DNA of 64,000 nucleotides from Candidatus Eiseniibacteriota bacterium. GTDB taxonomy: Bacteria; Eisenbacteria; RBG-16-71-46; CAIMUX01; VGJL01. The notes below the pieces were generated by a model that did not search any database, was not told the DNA's origin, and saw only the letters and a list, made by a program, of their open reading frames with translations. The translations under genes and the position numbers were made by a program. Positions 47,593 to 56,294 of the stretch are shown piece by piece (within the stretch, counting starts at the first letter, position 1; each line of letters begins with the position of its first letter). Where the stretch lies: contig JAXDAY010000030.1 in assembly GCA_034679345.1 (NCBI GenBank), forward strand, positions 52,925-116,924, read 5' to 3'.

Positions 47593-48122
47593 TGCTCCAT
47601 CGTCCTGGCGAGGACATCTTCGGCCAGATCCTTCAACGCCTTGGATCGCGCCGCAGACTCATCGCCGAGCGCGCTGGGATCGGCGGATGTGACCGAGTAG
47701 ACCGCCGAGACGGTCATCGCGTCGTCCTTCCAGAGCTCCCGGTTTTTCACCGCGTCCCGCAGAGTCGCCGCGAAGCGGATGACCACGATATAGTCGACCG
47801 GCTGCTGATCGGCGGTATAGTTGTAGACCTTGCTCTCGTATCCGCTGATCGTCCCCTCGAGGATGCAGTCGGCGCGCCCCTCCCCCACGACCTTCAATCG
47901 GTTGTCCTGCAGGAAACGCTGCGTCACGATCTGGGTCGCCTCGTTCGCCACATCGTACTCGAGCGACTCGTTGCCGAAGATGGGCACGGCGATTGTCTTG
48001 ATGTGGGACGGGAGGGAGCTCCCGCTGAACGAATAGAGGCCGCATCCTCCGCCGATGAGGCCCAAGAGGATCATGGCCGCCGCCAGGCGTGGCGCCGCAT
48101 GGAGCGAGATTCGCCGGAGCAT
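47586..48122 (-). CDS. lptE: LPS-assembly lipoprotein LptE
   Basis: Lipobox LIGGGCG; about 178 aa; the conserved lptE-holA synteny. The ORF track extends further upstream to 48548, but the internal ATG with the signal peptide is preferred. Confidence 0.7.
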   Translation of the reverse strand: MLRRISLHAAPRLAAAMILLGLIGGGCGLYSFSGSSLPSHIKTIAVPIFGNESLEYDVANEATQIVTQRFLQDNRLKVVGEGRADCILEGTISGYESKVYNYTADQQPVDYIVVIRFAATLRDAVKNRELWKDDAMTVSAVYSVTSADPSALGDESAARSKALKDLAEDVLARTMEQW

Positions 48123-48184
48123 GGGCGCAGTATAGATGCGCCCGGCTCCGGCGACAACGCCCGGCGGAGACCGCGGAGACGGAC

Positions 48185-49615
48185 TCAGGGCGCCGGCGTT
48201 CCGACGACCTCCCCGCGACGCGCGTAGAGCTTCATTCGATACCGGAGCTTGTCTCGAGTGGTCTGGAGCAGCTCGGCCGCGCGAGTCTGATTGCCGCCGC
48301 TCGCCTCCACGGCGCGCTCGATGAGCCCGCGCTCGATCTGCTCGATCCAATCCTCGAATGGGATTCCCGAAGCTTCCATCCGCCCCTCCACCAGCACGGA
48401 GCGGAGCGACTCGAGAATCCCGGTCTCCAGGGGGCGCGATCCCGCCTCGACGCCGAGCTTCAGGTGGTGGACGTCGATCTCCTCGCCGTCTTCCAGGAGG
48501 ATCGTCCGCTCGAAGAGGTTGCGAAGCTCGCGGATGTTCCCCGGCCACGCGTAGTCCTGCAGGAGAGCCATCGCCGATGGGGTGACCCTACGGAAGCGCT
48601 TGCGGAAGGTCTGGTTGAACTGGCGCATATAGTGCTCGGCCAGCAGGGGGATGTCCTCGTGGCGCTCGCGCAGCGCGGGCATCCGGATCGGCACGACCAT
48701 GAGCCGGTAGTAGAGATCTTCGCGGAAGCGTCCTTCGGCGACCATTTTCGAGAGATCCTGGTTGGTCGCCGATATGATCCGCACCTGGACGTTGAGGTCC
48801 CGGGTCCCGCCGACCCGGCGGAACGACATGCTCTCGAGCACCTTCAAGAGCTTCACCTGCAAGTTCGTGCTCATCTCCCCGATCTCATCCAGGAAGAGAG
48901 AGCCTCGATCGGCGAGCTCCAGGAGGCCCTGCTTGCGGGCGCGCGCATCGGTGAAGGCGCCCTTCTCGTGTCCGAAGAGCTCCGTTTCCAGGAGCTCCCT
49001 CGGGATCGCCGCGCAGTTGATCTCGAGAAAGGGTCCCTCCGCGAGAGGCCCCATATCATGGATGTAGTGGGCGATCACCTGCTTGCCCGTCCCGCTCTCC
49101 CCCTGGATCAGAACGCTCGTCGTGTCGCTGGCGGCGACCTTCTCCGCGATCTCGTAGACGGCTCGCACAGCCTTCGAGGTCCCGCGCACGAAGTCCTGCG
49201 CGTAGCGCTCCTTCTCGCGGCGGCGCCGGTGGGTCAACTCCCGCACGACGCGCGCCGACTCCAGGGCCTTCGACGCGAGGACCCGGATCTCCTCGAGCTC
49301 GAAGGGCTTCGTGATGAAGTCGTATGCCCCCGCCTTCATGGCCGCCACCGCGGTCTGGATCTCGCCGTAGGCGGTCATGATGATGACCGGACGGTCCGGC
49401 TCCCGCTGACGCAGCTCATCCAGGAGTGTGAGTCCCAGGCCGTCCGGAAGGCGGATGTCGAGGAGGACCAAATCGGCCTCCTCCTGGTTGAGCTTCTCCC
49501 ATGCCTCGGCGATCGACCCTGCGGCGAGCACGGTGTAGCCGTCCTCCGCGAAGGATCGCGTCAGGAAGTGCCGGAGCGATTCCTGGTCTTCGACGATCAG
49601 GATCGTGGCTGCCAT
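48185..49615 (-). CDS. Sigma-54-dependent response regulator (NtrC family: REC plus AAA+ plus Fis-type HTH)
   Basis: REC domain (ILIVEDQESLR...DLVLLDIRLPDG); AAA+ Walker A GESGTGKQ; GAFTDA sigma-54 interaction motif; C-terminal HTH (NQTRAAELLQTTRDKLRYRM). The internal start MAATILIV is preferred over the ORF-track start. Confidence 0.9.
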   Translation of the reverse strand: MAATILIVEDQESLRHFLTRSFAEDGYTVLAAGSIAEAWEKLNQEEADLVLLDIRLPDGLGLTLLDELRQREPDRPVIIMTAYGEIQTAVAAMKAGAYDFITKPFELEEIRVLASKALESARVVRELTHRRRREKERYAQDFVRGTSKAVRAVYEIAEKVAASDTTSVLIQGESGTGKQVIAHYIHDMGPLAEGPFLEINCAAIPRELLETELFGHEKGAFTDARARKQGLLELADRGSLFLDEIGEMSTNLQVKLLKVLESMSFRRVGGTRDLNVQVRIISATNQDLSKMVAEGRFREDLYYRLMVVPIRMPALRERHEDIPLLAEHYMRQFNQTFRKRFRRVTPSAMALLQDYAWPGNIRELRNLFERTILLEDGEEIDVHHLKLGVEAGSRPLETGILESLRSVLVEGRMEASGIPFEDWIEQIERGLIERAVEASGGNQTRAAELLQTTRDKLRYRMKLYARRGEVVGTPAP

Positions 49616-51378
49616 TCGAGTTCCCCCCATCCCTGCGCGAGGGGAATGCGGATCGCCATGACGGTCCCCCCCTCCGGCGCAGTCTCGGCGCTCAGCGTTC
49701 CTTCGTGCTGCCGCACGATGCTGTGGCTGACATAAAGGCCCAACCCGGTCCCCCCTCTCTTGGTCGAGAAGAAGGGCTCGAAGATATGTTTGAGCTGTTC
49801 GGCGGGGATGCCCGGGCCCGAGTCGCGCACCCAGATCCGGATCTCCCCTTCCTCCGGCGCGACTCCGCGCTCCCATCCGATCTCCACTGCCGCCCCCGTG
49901 GGCGAAGCCTCCACGGCGTTTCGCGCCAGGTTGACGAGGACCTGCAACATTCGCTCCTCGTCGAGGACGCCGGTCATCGGACGGCTTGCCTCCTCATCCG
50001 GCGGCAGGAGGCGAAGCGTCACTTCCCGCTCGTCGGCCTGGGGCTCGACGGCTCTCCAGGCTCGCTGGATCAAGGTGGCGATGCCGGTCCTGCGGAGCTC
50101 AAGGGGGCGTGCCTGGGCGGGCGCCAGCAGATCCCGCACGATCCGGTCGAGGCGATGGACTTCCGATCGCAGGATCCGAACTTCTTCAGCCCGGTCGGCT
50201 GGAATCGAGGAGCTCAGATACTCGATGCCCGTGCCGATCGCGGCGAGCGGATTGCGGATCTCGTGCGCCACGGCCGAAGCGAATCGTCCGAGCGCCGCCA
50301 GCCGGTCCAGACGCCGGATCTCCTCCTCCATCGCCCGCAGTGGCCGCAAATCGCTGATCGTGACAACGAGGCCCCCGGAATCCGGGCCCTCCTCGGCGAG
50401 CGGGACGATCTGCGCGGTGATCGGAATCTTCGACCCGCGCGCCAGGATCGCCGCTTCCTCCGGCGGGCGACGCTCCAGCCGATGCAGCCCAGCGCGGCAG
50501 AGCTCAGCGAGCTTCGGCGCGTGCGCGGAGAGGGCCGAGAGCCCCTTTCCGAGCAGGGAACGGTCAAGATCGAGAAGCTCTCCAGCCGCCCGGTTCATCG
50601 CCGTGATGCGCCCGGTCGCGTCAACCGCGAGGAGTCCGTCGCCCATCGCCTCGAGAAGGCACTCGCGGAATCGCGTCTCTCGGGCGGCGCGCCGCTGCTG
50701 CCTGACGCTCTGGAGCAGCGTCGCCGCCTGGAAGGCGATTTGCCCGACTTCCAGCGGGTCGCTCCCCGAGCCCTGGCAACCGCCGGGGCGGATCGCCAGA
50801 AGGCCCATCACGGCCCCCGAAGCGGTTTCGCCCTCGTTGGCCGCCTCTCCCGCCGCGAGGAGCGGCATGATGAGAGGCAGGGGCGATGGGGATCCCTCCG
50901 GTCCAGTGCTGTCCTCCGAAGCGGTGATCGCCTTGCCTCCGAGGGCCTCCTCCCAGACCGTTCCGCGCAGCGACTCGGCGGGCCAGTGGATCCTCTCGCT
51001 CAAACCGCGGCCGATTCCGCGAGTTCGGTACCCGCGCAGGCCTCCCCCGTCGATCCGCGTGAGGACGGCGACCTCGGGAATCCCATAGGCGTGCCCCAAG
51101 TAGACGCTGATCGTGCGGAGGATCTTCTCCTCATCCGGTTCTCGAAGGAGCGTCTCCGTGAGCTCCCGCAGTCCCGCAAGCCGCACGTTCTGCTCGATCA
51201 GCTGCCGCTGCTTGCGCTCGAGCAGATCGAGGAGGGCGTGGCAGGTCTCCGACAGATCGATCTCGCGCCCGGGGGCATGGAGCTCGGGCACGAGCGCCCC
51301 CAACTCGTTCAGCCGGGTGGTCAGCGCGGGGCGCAGCGGAAGTGGATCGGGGGTGGCGTCGGCGCCTCCCAAGGCCAA
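49597..51378 (-). CDS. Sensor histidine kinase (GAF/PAS-like sensor plus HisKA plus HATPase_c), apparently cytoplasmic
   Basis: H-box ASAVAHEIRNPL; N, G1 and G2 boxes (LVNLARNAVEA...DSGPGI...GGTGLGL); no convincing TM segment; overlaps the response-regulator gene. Confidence 0.85.
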   Translation of the reverse strand: MALGGADATPDPLPLRPALTTRLNELGALVPELHAPGREIDLSETCHALLDLLERKQRQLIEQNVRLAGLRELTETLLREPDEEKILRTISVYLGHAYGIPEVAVLTRIDGGGLRGYRTRGIGRGLSERIHWPAESLRGTVWEEALGGKAITASEDSTGPEGSPSPLPLIMPLLAAGEAANEGETASGAVMGLLAIRPGGCQGSGSDPLEVGQIAFQAATLLQSVRQQRRAARETRFRECLLEAMGDGLLAVDATGRITAMNRAAGELLDLDRSLLGKGLSALSAHAPKLAELCRAGLHRLERRPPEEAAILARGSKIPITAQIVPLAEEGPDSGGLVVTISDLRPLRAMEEEIRRLDRLAALGRFASAVAHEIRNPLAAIGTGIEYLSSSIPADRAEEVRILRSEVHRLDRIVRDLLAPAQARPLELRRTGIATLIQRAWRAVEPQADEREVTLRLLPPDEEASRPMTGVLDEERMLQVLVNLARNAVEASPTGAAVEIGWERGVAPEEGEIRIWVRDSGPGIPAEQLKHIFEPFFSTKRGGTGLGLYVSHSIVRQHEGTLSAETAPEGGTVMAIRIPLAQGWGELEWQPRS

Positions 51379-51450
51379 GGTTTCACCTCCCAGGGGTTCG
51401 GTCCCTCTGGGATATCGGCCGGCGCGCAGCGCGGCATGAGGAAGATTCCC

Positions 51451-52506
51451 CTATTTCTCGAGATGAGCGAAGAGCGAGCGATTCTGGCGGGCCCAATCGA
51501 TGAGCCGATCGACTCCCTCCTGGGGAGAAATCCGCGGCTCCCATCCGAGATCGGCCCGCGCGCGGGCGATTCTGGAGACATACACCTTCTGATCGCTGGG
51601 TCGCCACGGCCCTACCGATCGTGGAACGGGCCGGCCGAGGCGCTCCTCGATCCTCTCGAGCAGCTCGATGAGAGAGAGGGTGAAGGCGGGTCCTCCGCCC
51701 ATGTTGTAGACGCCGATCTGCGGACCTCGCTGGATGAACGCGTCGTAGGCTCGCACGAGGTCCTCCACCCACAGGATGTCGCGCACCTGCCGGCCGTCGC
51801 CGTAGATCGTAAGCGGTGCCGAGCTGAGCGCGGCCAGGACGAACCAAGCGACCCACCCTTGGTCCTCCATCCCGAACTGGCGCGTCCCATAGATGCATGA
51901 CATCCGGAAGACTCCGACGCGGAGGCCGTAGAGATGGCCGTAATCCTGAACGTAGAGATCGCCCGCCAGCTTCGAGCATCCATAGGGAGTGTGCTCGCAT
52001 AGATCGATGCCGAAATCCTCGGGGATTCCCTCGGCGTAGTCGTCGCTGAAGCGATAGCGTTTCGCCTCCTCGACGATGCCGACCCGATTCACGTTCGCGC
52101 CATACACCTTGTTCGTCGAGCAGTAGAGCAGGGTGGGATGGCGCCCGCTCTTGCGAGCGGCCTCGAGCACCCGAAACGTGCCCAGCGCGTTGGATGTGAA
52201 GTCGGTCTCCGGATCGACGGTGGAGGTGGTCACCGCGGTTTGCGCGGCCGCGTGAAGGATCGCATCGGCGTCTCGGAGCAGGCGATCCATCAGGCCCGCC
52301 TCGCGAACATCCCCCTTCACCCGTTCGACGCCCGGCAGCGAGCCGAGATAGTCCCAGTTGTACGCCGCGTTCGGATCGGGACGGCGAAGGAGCGCCCCCC
52401 GGGAGAGGTTGTCGACGACGACCACCTGATACCCCCGCGCCGCGAAATACTCCGCTGCGTGGGATCCGATGAAACCCGCACCGCCCGTGATCACGATCCG
52501 CGCCAT
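51451..52506 (-). CDS. NAD-dependent epimerase/dehydratase (extended SDR; CDP-paratose 2-epimerase-like)
   Basis: VITGGAGFIGSH Rossmann motif and a YxxxK catalytic dyad region (YGCSKLAGD); 351 aa. Confidence 0.85.
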   Translation of the reverse strand: MARIVITGGAGFIGSHAAEYFAARGYQVVVVDNLSRGALLRRPDPNAAYNWDYLGSLPGVERVKGDVREAGLMDRLLRDADAILHAAAQTAVTTSTVDPETDFTSNALGTFRVLEAARKSGRHPTLLYCSTNKVYGANVNRVGIVEEAKRYRFSDDYAEGIPEDFGIDLCEHTPYGCSKLAGDLYVQDYGHLYGLRVGVFRMSCIYGTRQFGMEDQGWVAWFVLAALSSAPLTIYGDGRQVRDILWVEDLVRAYDAFIQRGPQIGVYNMGGGPAFTLSLIELLERIEERLGRPVPRSVGPWRPSDQKVYVSRIARARADLGWEPRISPQEGVDRLIDWARQNRSLFAHLEK

Positions 52507-52603
52507 CGATCTCTCCTCGCCGGAACGCGCTGCGCCCCCCGCGGAGAGTATCTGCGCGGCGCCACGCTGGCAAGTCGGCTCCGGAGAGAGGGCCCGCAGC
52601 TGG

Positions 52604-52650
52604 AATCAGCGTGCCGAAGGAATCGGCGCGCCGAAGGGATCAGCGCGCCG
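52604..52650. repeat. About 2.5 copies of an 18-bp tandem direct repeat ATCAGCG(T/C)GCCGAAGG(A/G)
   Basis: Visible directly: atcagcgtgccgaagga / atcggcgcgccgaaggg / atcagcgcgccgg. It lies in the 130-bp gap upstream of the epimerase/HK/RR transcription unit and abuts the stop codon of the upstream outer-membrane gene. Confidence 0.35.
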
Positions 52651-53563
52651 GCAGGAGCACGGAGAGGGAGAAGTGGTGAAGCTCCCCGGTTTCTTCGTCG
52701 GGGGCGAAGGCGTAAGCGAGCTCGAGTCCCCGGGTCCCGATGGCGAGACCCGCGCGCGGCCGAAAGCCGAGCTGTGGATCGTTGGAGTCATAGGCAGCTC
52801 CACCGAGAAGGGAGATCCCCCCGGGGCCGTGGAAGCGCCCTCCCCCGAAGACGATCGGAACCTCCCCCTCCCGGAGCACGGAGTGGATCTCGAGCCGCGC
52901 CAGACGACCGATGGGGCGGGACGCGCCGAGCGTGAACTCGGTCGGGATCGGATAGCGCCCCGACGGGCCCACCGCATCCGCTCCGAGATTCCGCGCTCCC
53001 CCGCCAATCACCGCGCCCAGGAAGTCGACCTCGAGACCGCAGTCGAAGCCCACGCCCGTGATCGCCGACTCCCCACCGTGGAGATAGAGCCAGCGCGCCC
53101 CCAGCCCTACCCGAAGCCCCGGCAGGACGGAGCGTCCCCACCCGGCTCCCACGGCGAGCTCGATCGGTTGGAACGATCCCAGAGTCGCGCCGGCGGCGTC
53201 GTAAGCCGGGAGGCTCCCGGCATGGACGGCGGACACGTCCACTCCGATTCCCCCCAGAGAGGTCGCGATGCTGCCGGTGAGCGACTCGAGGGCCAAACCG
53301 GACTGCCAGCTCTGATGTCCCGCGGCCGCCGCAGCCCGTTCCGCGCGGGCCAGTCCGGCGGGATTCGATCTTGTGGCCGCGGCGGGATCGGTCCCGACGG
53401 CCGGGAGCCCCCCGGAGGCCGTCTGTGTCGCCGTGAGAGGCCGCGTGGCTGAGAGAAACGCCAGAGTCGGGCCAGTGGCCCCCGAGGGGGCCGGGAGGGC
53501 CCCAAAAAGCCCTAGGACGAGGATCGGCGCAAGATGGGCCCGGCGAGGGAAGGGGGTTCTCAT
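52640..53563 (-). CDS. Hypothetical Gly-rich outer-membrane beta-barrel protein (PorV/FadL-like topology)
   Basis: Signal peptide MRTPFPRRAHLAPILVLGLFGALPAPSGA; alternating Gly/hydrophobic strands; no family confidently recognised. Confidence 0.5.
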   Translation of the reverse strand: MRTPFPRRAHLAPILVLGLFGALPAPSGATGPTLAFLSATRPLTATQTASGGLPAVGTDPAAATRSNPAGLARAERAAAAAGHQSWQSGLALESLTGSIATSLGGIGVDVSAVHAGSLPAYDAAGATLGSFQPIELAVGAGWGRSVLPGLRVGLGARWLYLHGGESAITGVGFDCGLEVDFLGAVIGGGARNLGADAVGPSGRYPIPTEFTLGASRPIGRLARLEIHSVLREGEVPIVFGGGRFHGPGGISLLGGAAYDSNDPQLGFRPRAGLAIGTRGLELAYAFAPDEETGELHHFSLSVLLPAR

Positions 53564-53756
53564 GCCCGGGGAGAAACGCGAGGATCGTGCCGGGCGAGCG
53601 CTTGCCGCTGCGTCCGGGAGCCGGCTCGTATCTATAGCGAAATCAGTGGCTTAGAGAATGACTCCGGCGATCGGGCCGCTCTTCGGTCGCCGCTGCGGTC
53701 AGCCGGCGTTGCGATGCGCTGCGATCCCCTTGCAGTTTGCGGTTCGACTCGCGATT

Positions 53757-54716
53757 TCAAACACTCTCGGAGAGGGCCTCCGCAGTGCGGCGCAGTCCCG
53801 TCTCAAGGTCCACTGAGGGGCGGAAGCCAAGCAGAGAAGCGGCGCGCGAGATATCGGCAACCGAATCCCGGACATCGCCCACGCGCGCGGGAGCAAAGCG
53901 AGGAGTGATCTTCCGACCCGTCACTTTTCCCATGAGCTCGATGAGCTGCAGAAGCGAGGTCTGCTCTCCGCAGGCGACATTGACGATCCGGCCGCCGGTC
54001 TCCGCGCAGGAGAGCGCGGCGCGGTTCGCATCGACCACGTTGTCGATATAGGTGAAGTCCCGCGTCTGCCTGCCGTCGCCGTAGATCACGGGGGCCTCCC
54101 CCTCCCGGATGGCCCGAAGGAAGAGCGGGATGACCGCCGCGTAGGGGGAGCCGGGATCCTGACGCGGACCGAAGACGTTGAAGTAGCGGAGCGTCAGCGT
54201 CGGCAGCCCATAGAGCTCCGCGTAGAGGCGCACGTACTCCTCGGCGATCCACTTGCCCATCGCGTAGGGCGATTTCGGGGCGGGTCGCATCGACTCCCGC
54301 TTCGGGAGATCGGGCTGATCGCCGTAGACCGATGAGGAGCCGGCGAGGACGAACCTCCGGATGCCGCCCCCCTTGCGACACGCCTCGAGCAAGCGAAGCG
54401 TGCCGTCCACGCTGACCGAGAGGCTGGTTTCGGGGTCCTGGACGGAACGCTCCACGGACGGCAGCGCCGCCTCGTGGAAGACTTCGCTGACGCCGGCCAT
54501 TGCCTCGCCGACACGGGCCGGGTCCCGGACATCGCCCCGGATGAACTCGATCTTCCGACCATGGGTCGCACGGAGCCAGTCCACCGTCTCGATCGACCCG
54601 GTGGAGAGGTCGTCCAGGATCCGCACCCGGCGGCCGTCGCGCGCGAATCGGTCGGAGAGGTGCGATCCAATGAAACCCGCTCCGCCGGTTATGAGTATGA
54701 CGTCGTGTGCATCCAA
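53757..54716 (-). CDS. UDP-sugar 4-epimerase of the WbpP/TviC type (extended SDR)
   Basis: ITGGAGFIGSH; catalytic YAMGKWIAEEY; 319 aa; immediately downstream of the UDP-GlcNAc dehydrogenase-type gene. Confidence 0.8.
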   Translation of the reverse strand: MDAHDVILITGGAGFIGSHLSDRFARDGRRVRILDDLSTGSIETVDWLRATHGRKIEFIRGDVRDPARVGEAMAGVSEVFHEAALPSVERSVQDPETSLSVSVDGTLRLLEACRKGGGIRRFVLAGSSSVYGDQPDLPKRESMRPAPKSPYAMGKWIAEEYVRLYAELYGLPTLTLRYFNVFGPRQDPGSPYAAVIPLFLRAIREGEAPVIYGDGRQTRDFTYIDNVVDANRAALSCAETGGRIVNVACGEQTSLLQLIELMGKVTGRKITPRFAPARVGDVRDSVADISRAASLLGFRPSVDLETGLRRTAEALSESV

Positions 54717-54750
54717 GCTGGTTCGATCTCCCGGGCCGAGGCCTTCCGCT

Positions 54751-56052
54751 CTACAGGCGGAAGAGCTTCGGGCTTTCGATCCCTTTCAAGGCGTTGCGCG
54801 TGTCAACCACGATCCGGCTCTCAGCCAGAATTCGATCGTACGGCAGGTTCTTGTGATTCGTGACGATGACCGCGCAGTCGATCTCCCGGAGCAGCTCGCT
54901 GGTCAGTTCGACAGACTCCAGGCGGTGTTCCCCGACCTCGAGACGCGGGACGAAGGGATCGTGGAAGCAGGTTTCCGCGCCCATCTCCTGGAGCAGGTGG
55001 ATCACCTCGATCGCCGGAGATTCGCGGGTATCGTCGATGTCCGCCTTGTACGCGACGCCCACCACGAGGATCCGCGAACCGTTGACGCTGCGGCGGATCG
55101 AGTTCAGGGCCACGATCACTCGCCGGATCACGTGGCGCGGCATCTCCGCGTTCACCCGATCCGCGAGGTCGATGAAACGCGCCTCAAACCCGGCGAGGCG
55201 GGCCTTCCAGGAAAGGTAGAGGGGATCGATCGGAATGCAGTGTCCGCCCAGGCCCGGGCCGGGATAGAAGGGCATGAATCCGAACGGCTTGCTCGCGGCC
55301 GCGTCGATCACTTCCCAGACGTTGATTCCCATCCGGTCGCTCAGCTGCGCGATCTCGTTGACGAGTCCGATGTTGACGCTGCGGAAGGTGTTTTCCAGCA
55401 GCTTCACCATCTCGGCCACCTTGGGCGAGCCGACCTGCACGACCTTCTCGACGCTCGATTCGTAAAGCAGCGCAGCGAGCCGGGTGCACTCGGGCGTCAC
55501 CCCGCCGACGACCTTGGGGATGTTGTGGGTCTGGTAGACCGGATTGCCCGGGTCGACCCGCTCAGGGGAGAAAGCGAGGTGGAAATCGACTCCCACCCGC
55601 AGGCCGGTCCTCTCGAGCATCGGCTGGATGACCTCCTCCGTCGTGCCGGGATACGTGGTGCTCTCCAGGAGGACCAGCATTCCGGGGTGGAGGTGGGCGG
55701 CGATCTGCTCCACAGCCGCATTGATATAGGAGAGGTCGGGGGCTCTGGTCTTGCTGAGAGGCGTGGGGACGCAGATGTTCACCGTGTCGCAGTCGGCAAG
55801 AACATTGAAATCGGTCGTCGCCACCAGCTTGCCCGCGGAGACCGCGGGCGCGATCCAGGCATCCGGCACATCCTGGACATAGGAGCGCCCGCGCCGCAGC
55901 GATTCGACCTTGCTGGAGTCCACGTCGATCCCCGCGATGCGGAATCCGGCCTTGGCGAACTCCGTCGCCAGAGGCAGGCCGACGTACCCCAGGCCGATGA
56001 CTCCAAGATGAGCGCTCCGGTCCCTGATCTTCTGTTCCAGCTTCACAGTCAC
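54751..56052 (-). CDS. UDP-N-acetyl-D-hexosamine 6-dehydrogenase (WbpO/TviB/WecC-type nucleotide-sugar dehydrogenase)
   Basis: N-terminal Rossmann motif VIGLGYVGLPLA; catalytic Cys region GGHCIPIDP; 433 aa. Confidence 0.85.
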   Translation of the reverse strand: MTVKLEQKIRDRSAHLGVIGLGYVGLPLATEFAKAGFRIAGIDVDSSKVESLRRGRSYVQDVPDAWIAPAVSAGKLVATTDFNVLADCDTVNICVPTPLSKTRAPDLSYINAAVEQIAAHLHPGMLVLLESTTYPGTTEEVIQPMLERTGLRVGVDFHLAFSPERVDPGNPVYQTHNIPKVVGGVTPECTRLAALLYESSVEKVVQVGSPKVAEMVKLLENTFRSVNIGLVNEIAQLSDRMGINVWEVIDAAASKPFGFMPFYPGPGLGGHCIPIDPLYLSWKARLAGFEARFIDLADRVNAEMPRHVIRRVIVALNSIRRSVNGSRILVVGVAYKADIDDTRESPAIEVIHLLQEMGAETCFHDPFVPRLEVGEHRLESVELTSELLREIDCAVIVTNHKNLPYDRILAESRIVVDTRNALKGIESPKLFRL

Positions 56053-56294
56053 ACCTCCCCCTCAATTCATCGGAGCGGACGGGCCCAGCTTGAGAATCCA
56101 TGGATGCCGCCGGCGGACGGTTCAGGCGGTTCCACTTCCCGCGCCCGCCGGATGTTACGACACGCTCCCCTTCCGGGCAACCTGCAAGGCGTCTGTTTAG
56201 CCGCGGCGGCCGGTCTGTGGTATCGTGGAATGTGGCGAGGAAACGGCGAGGGTCCGGGGGACCGTCGCCCGCCCGCCGCGAAGGGAGACGAGAG

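Noticed and set aside
49597-51378. Considered calling the HK/RR pair the PEP-CTERM-specific PrsK/PrsR system because a PEP-CTERM protein and polysaccharide genes are nearby
   Set aside because: PrsK is a multi-pass membrane kinase. This kinase has no convincing TM helices and carries GAF/PAS-like sensor modules, so only the generic NtrB/NtrC-type assignment is supportable.
48089-51900. Two + strand ORFs (548 aa and 799 aa) antisense to the NtrC-family regulator and the histidine kinase
   Set aside because: Antisense GC-frame artefacts; the minus-strand genes have full REC/AAA+/HTH and HisKA/HATPase motif sets.
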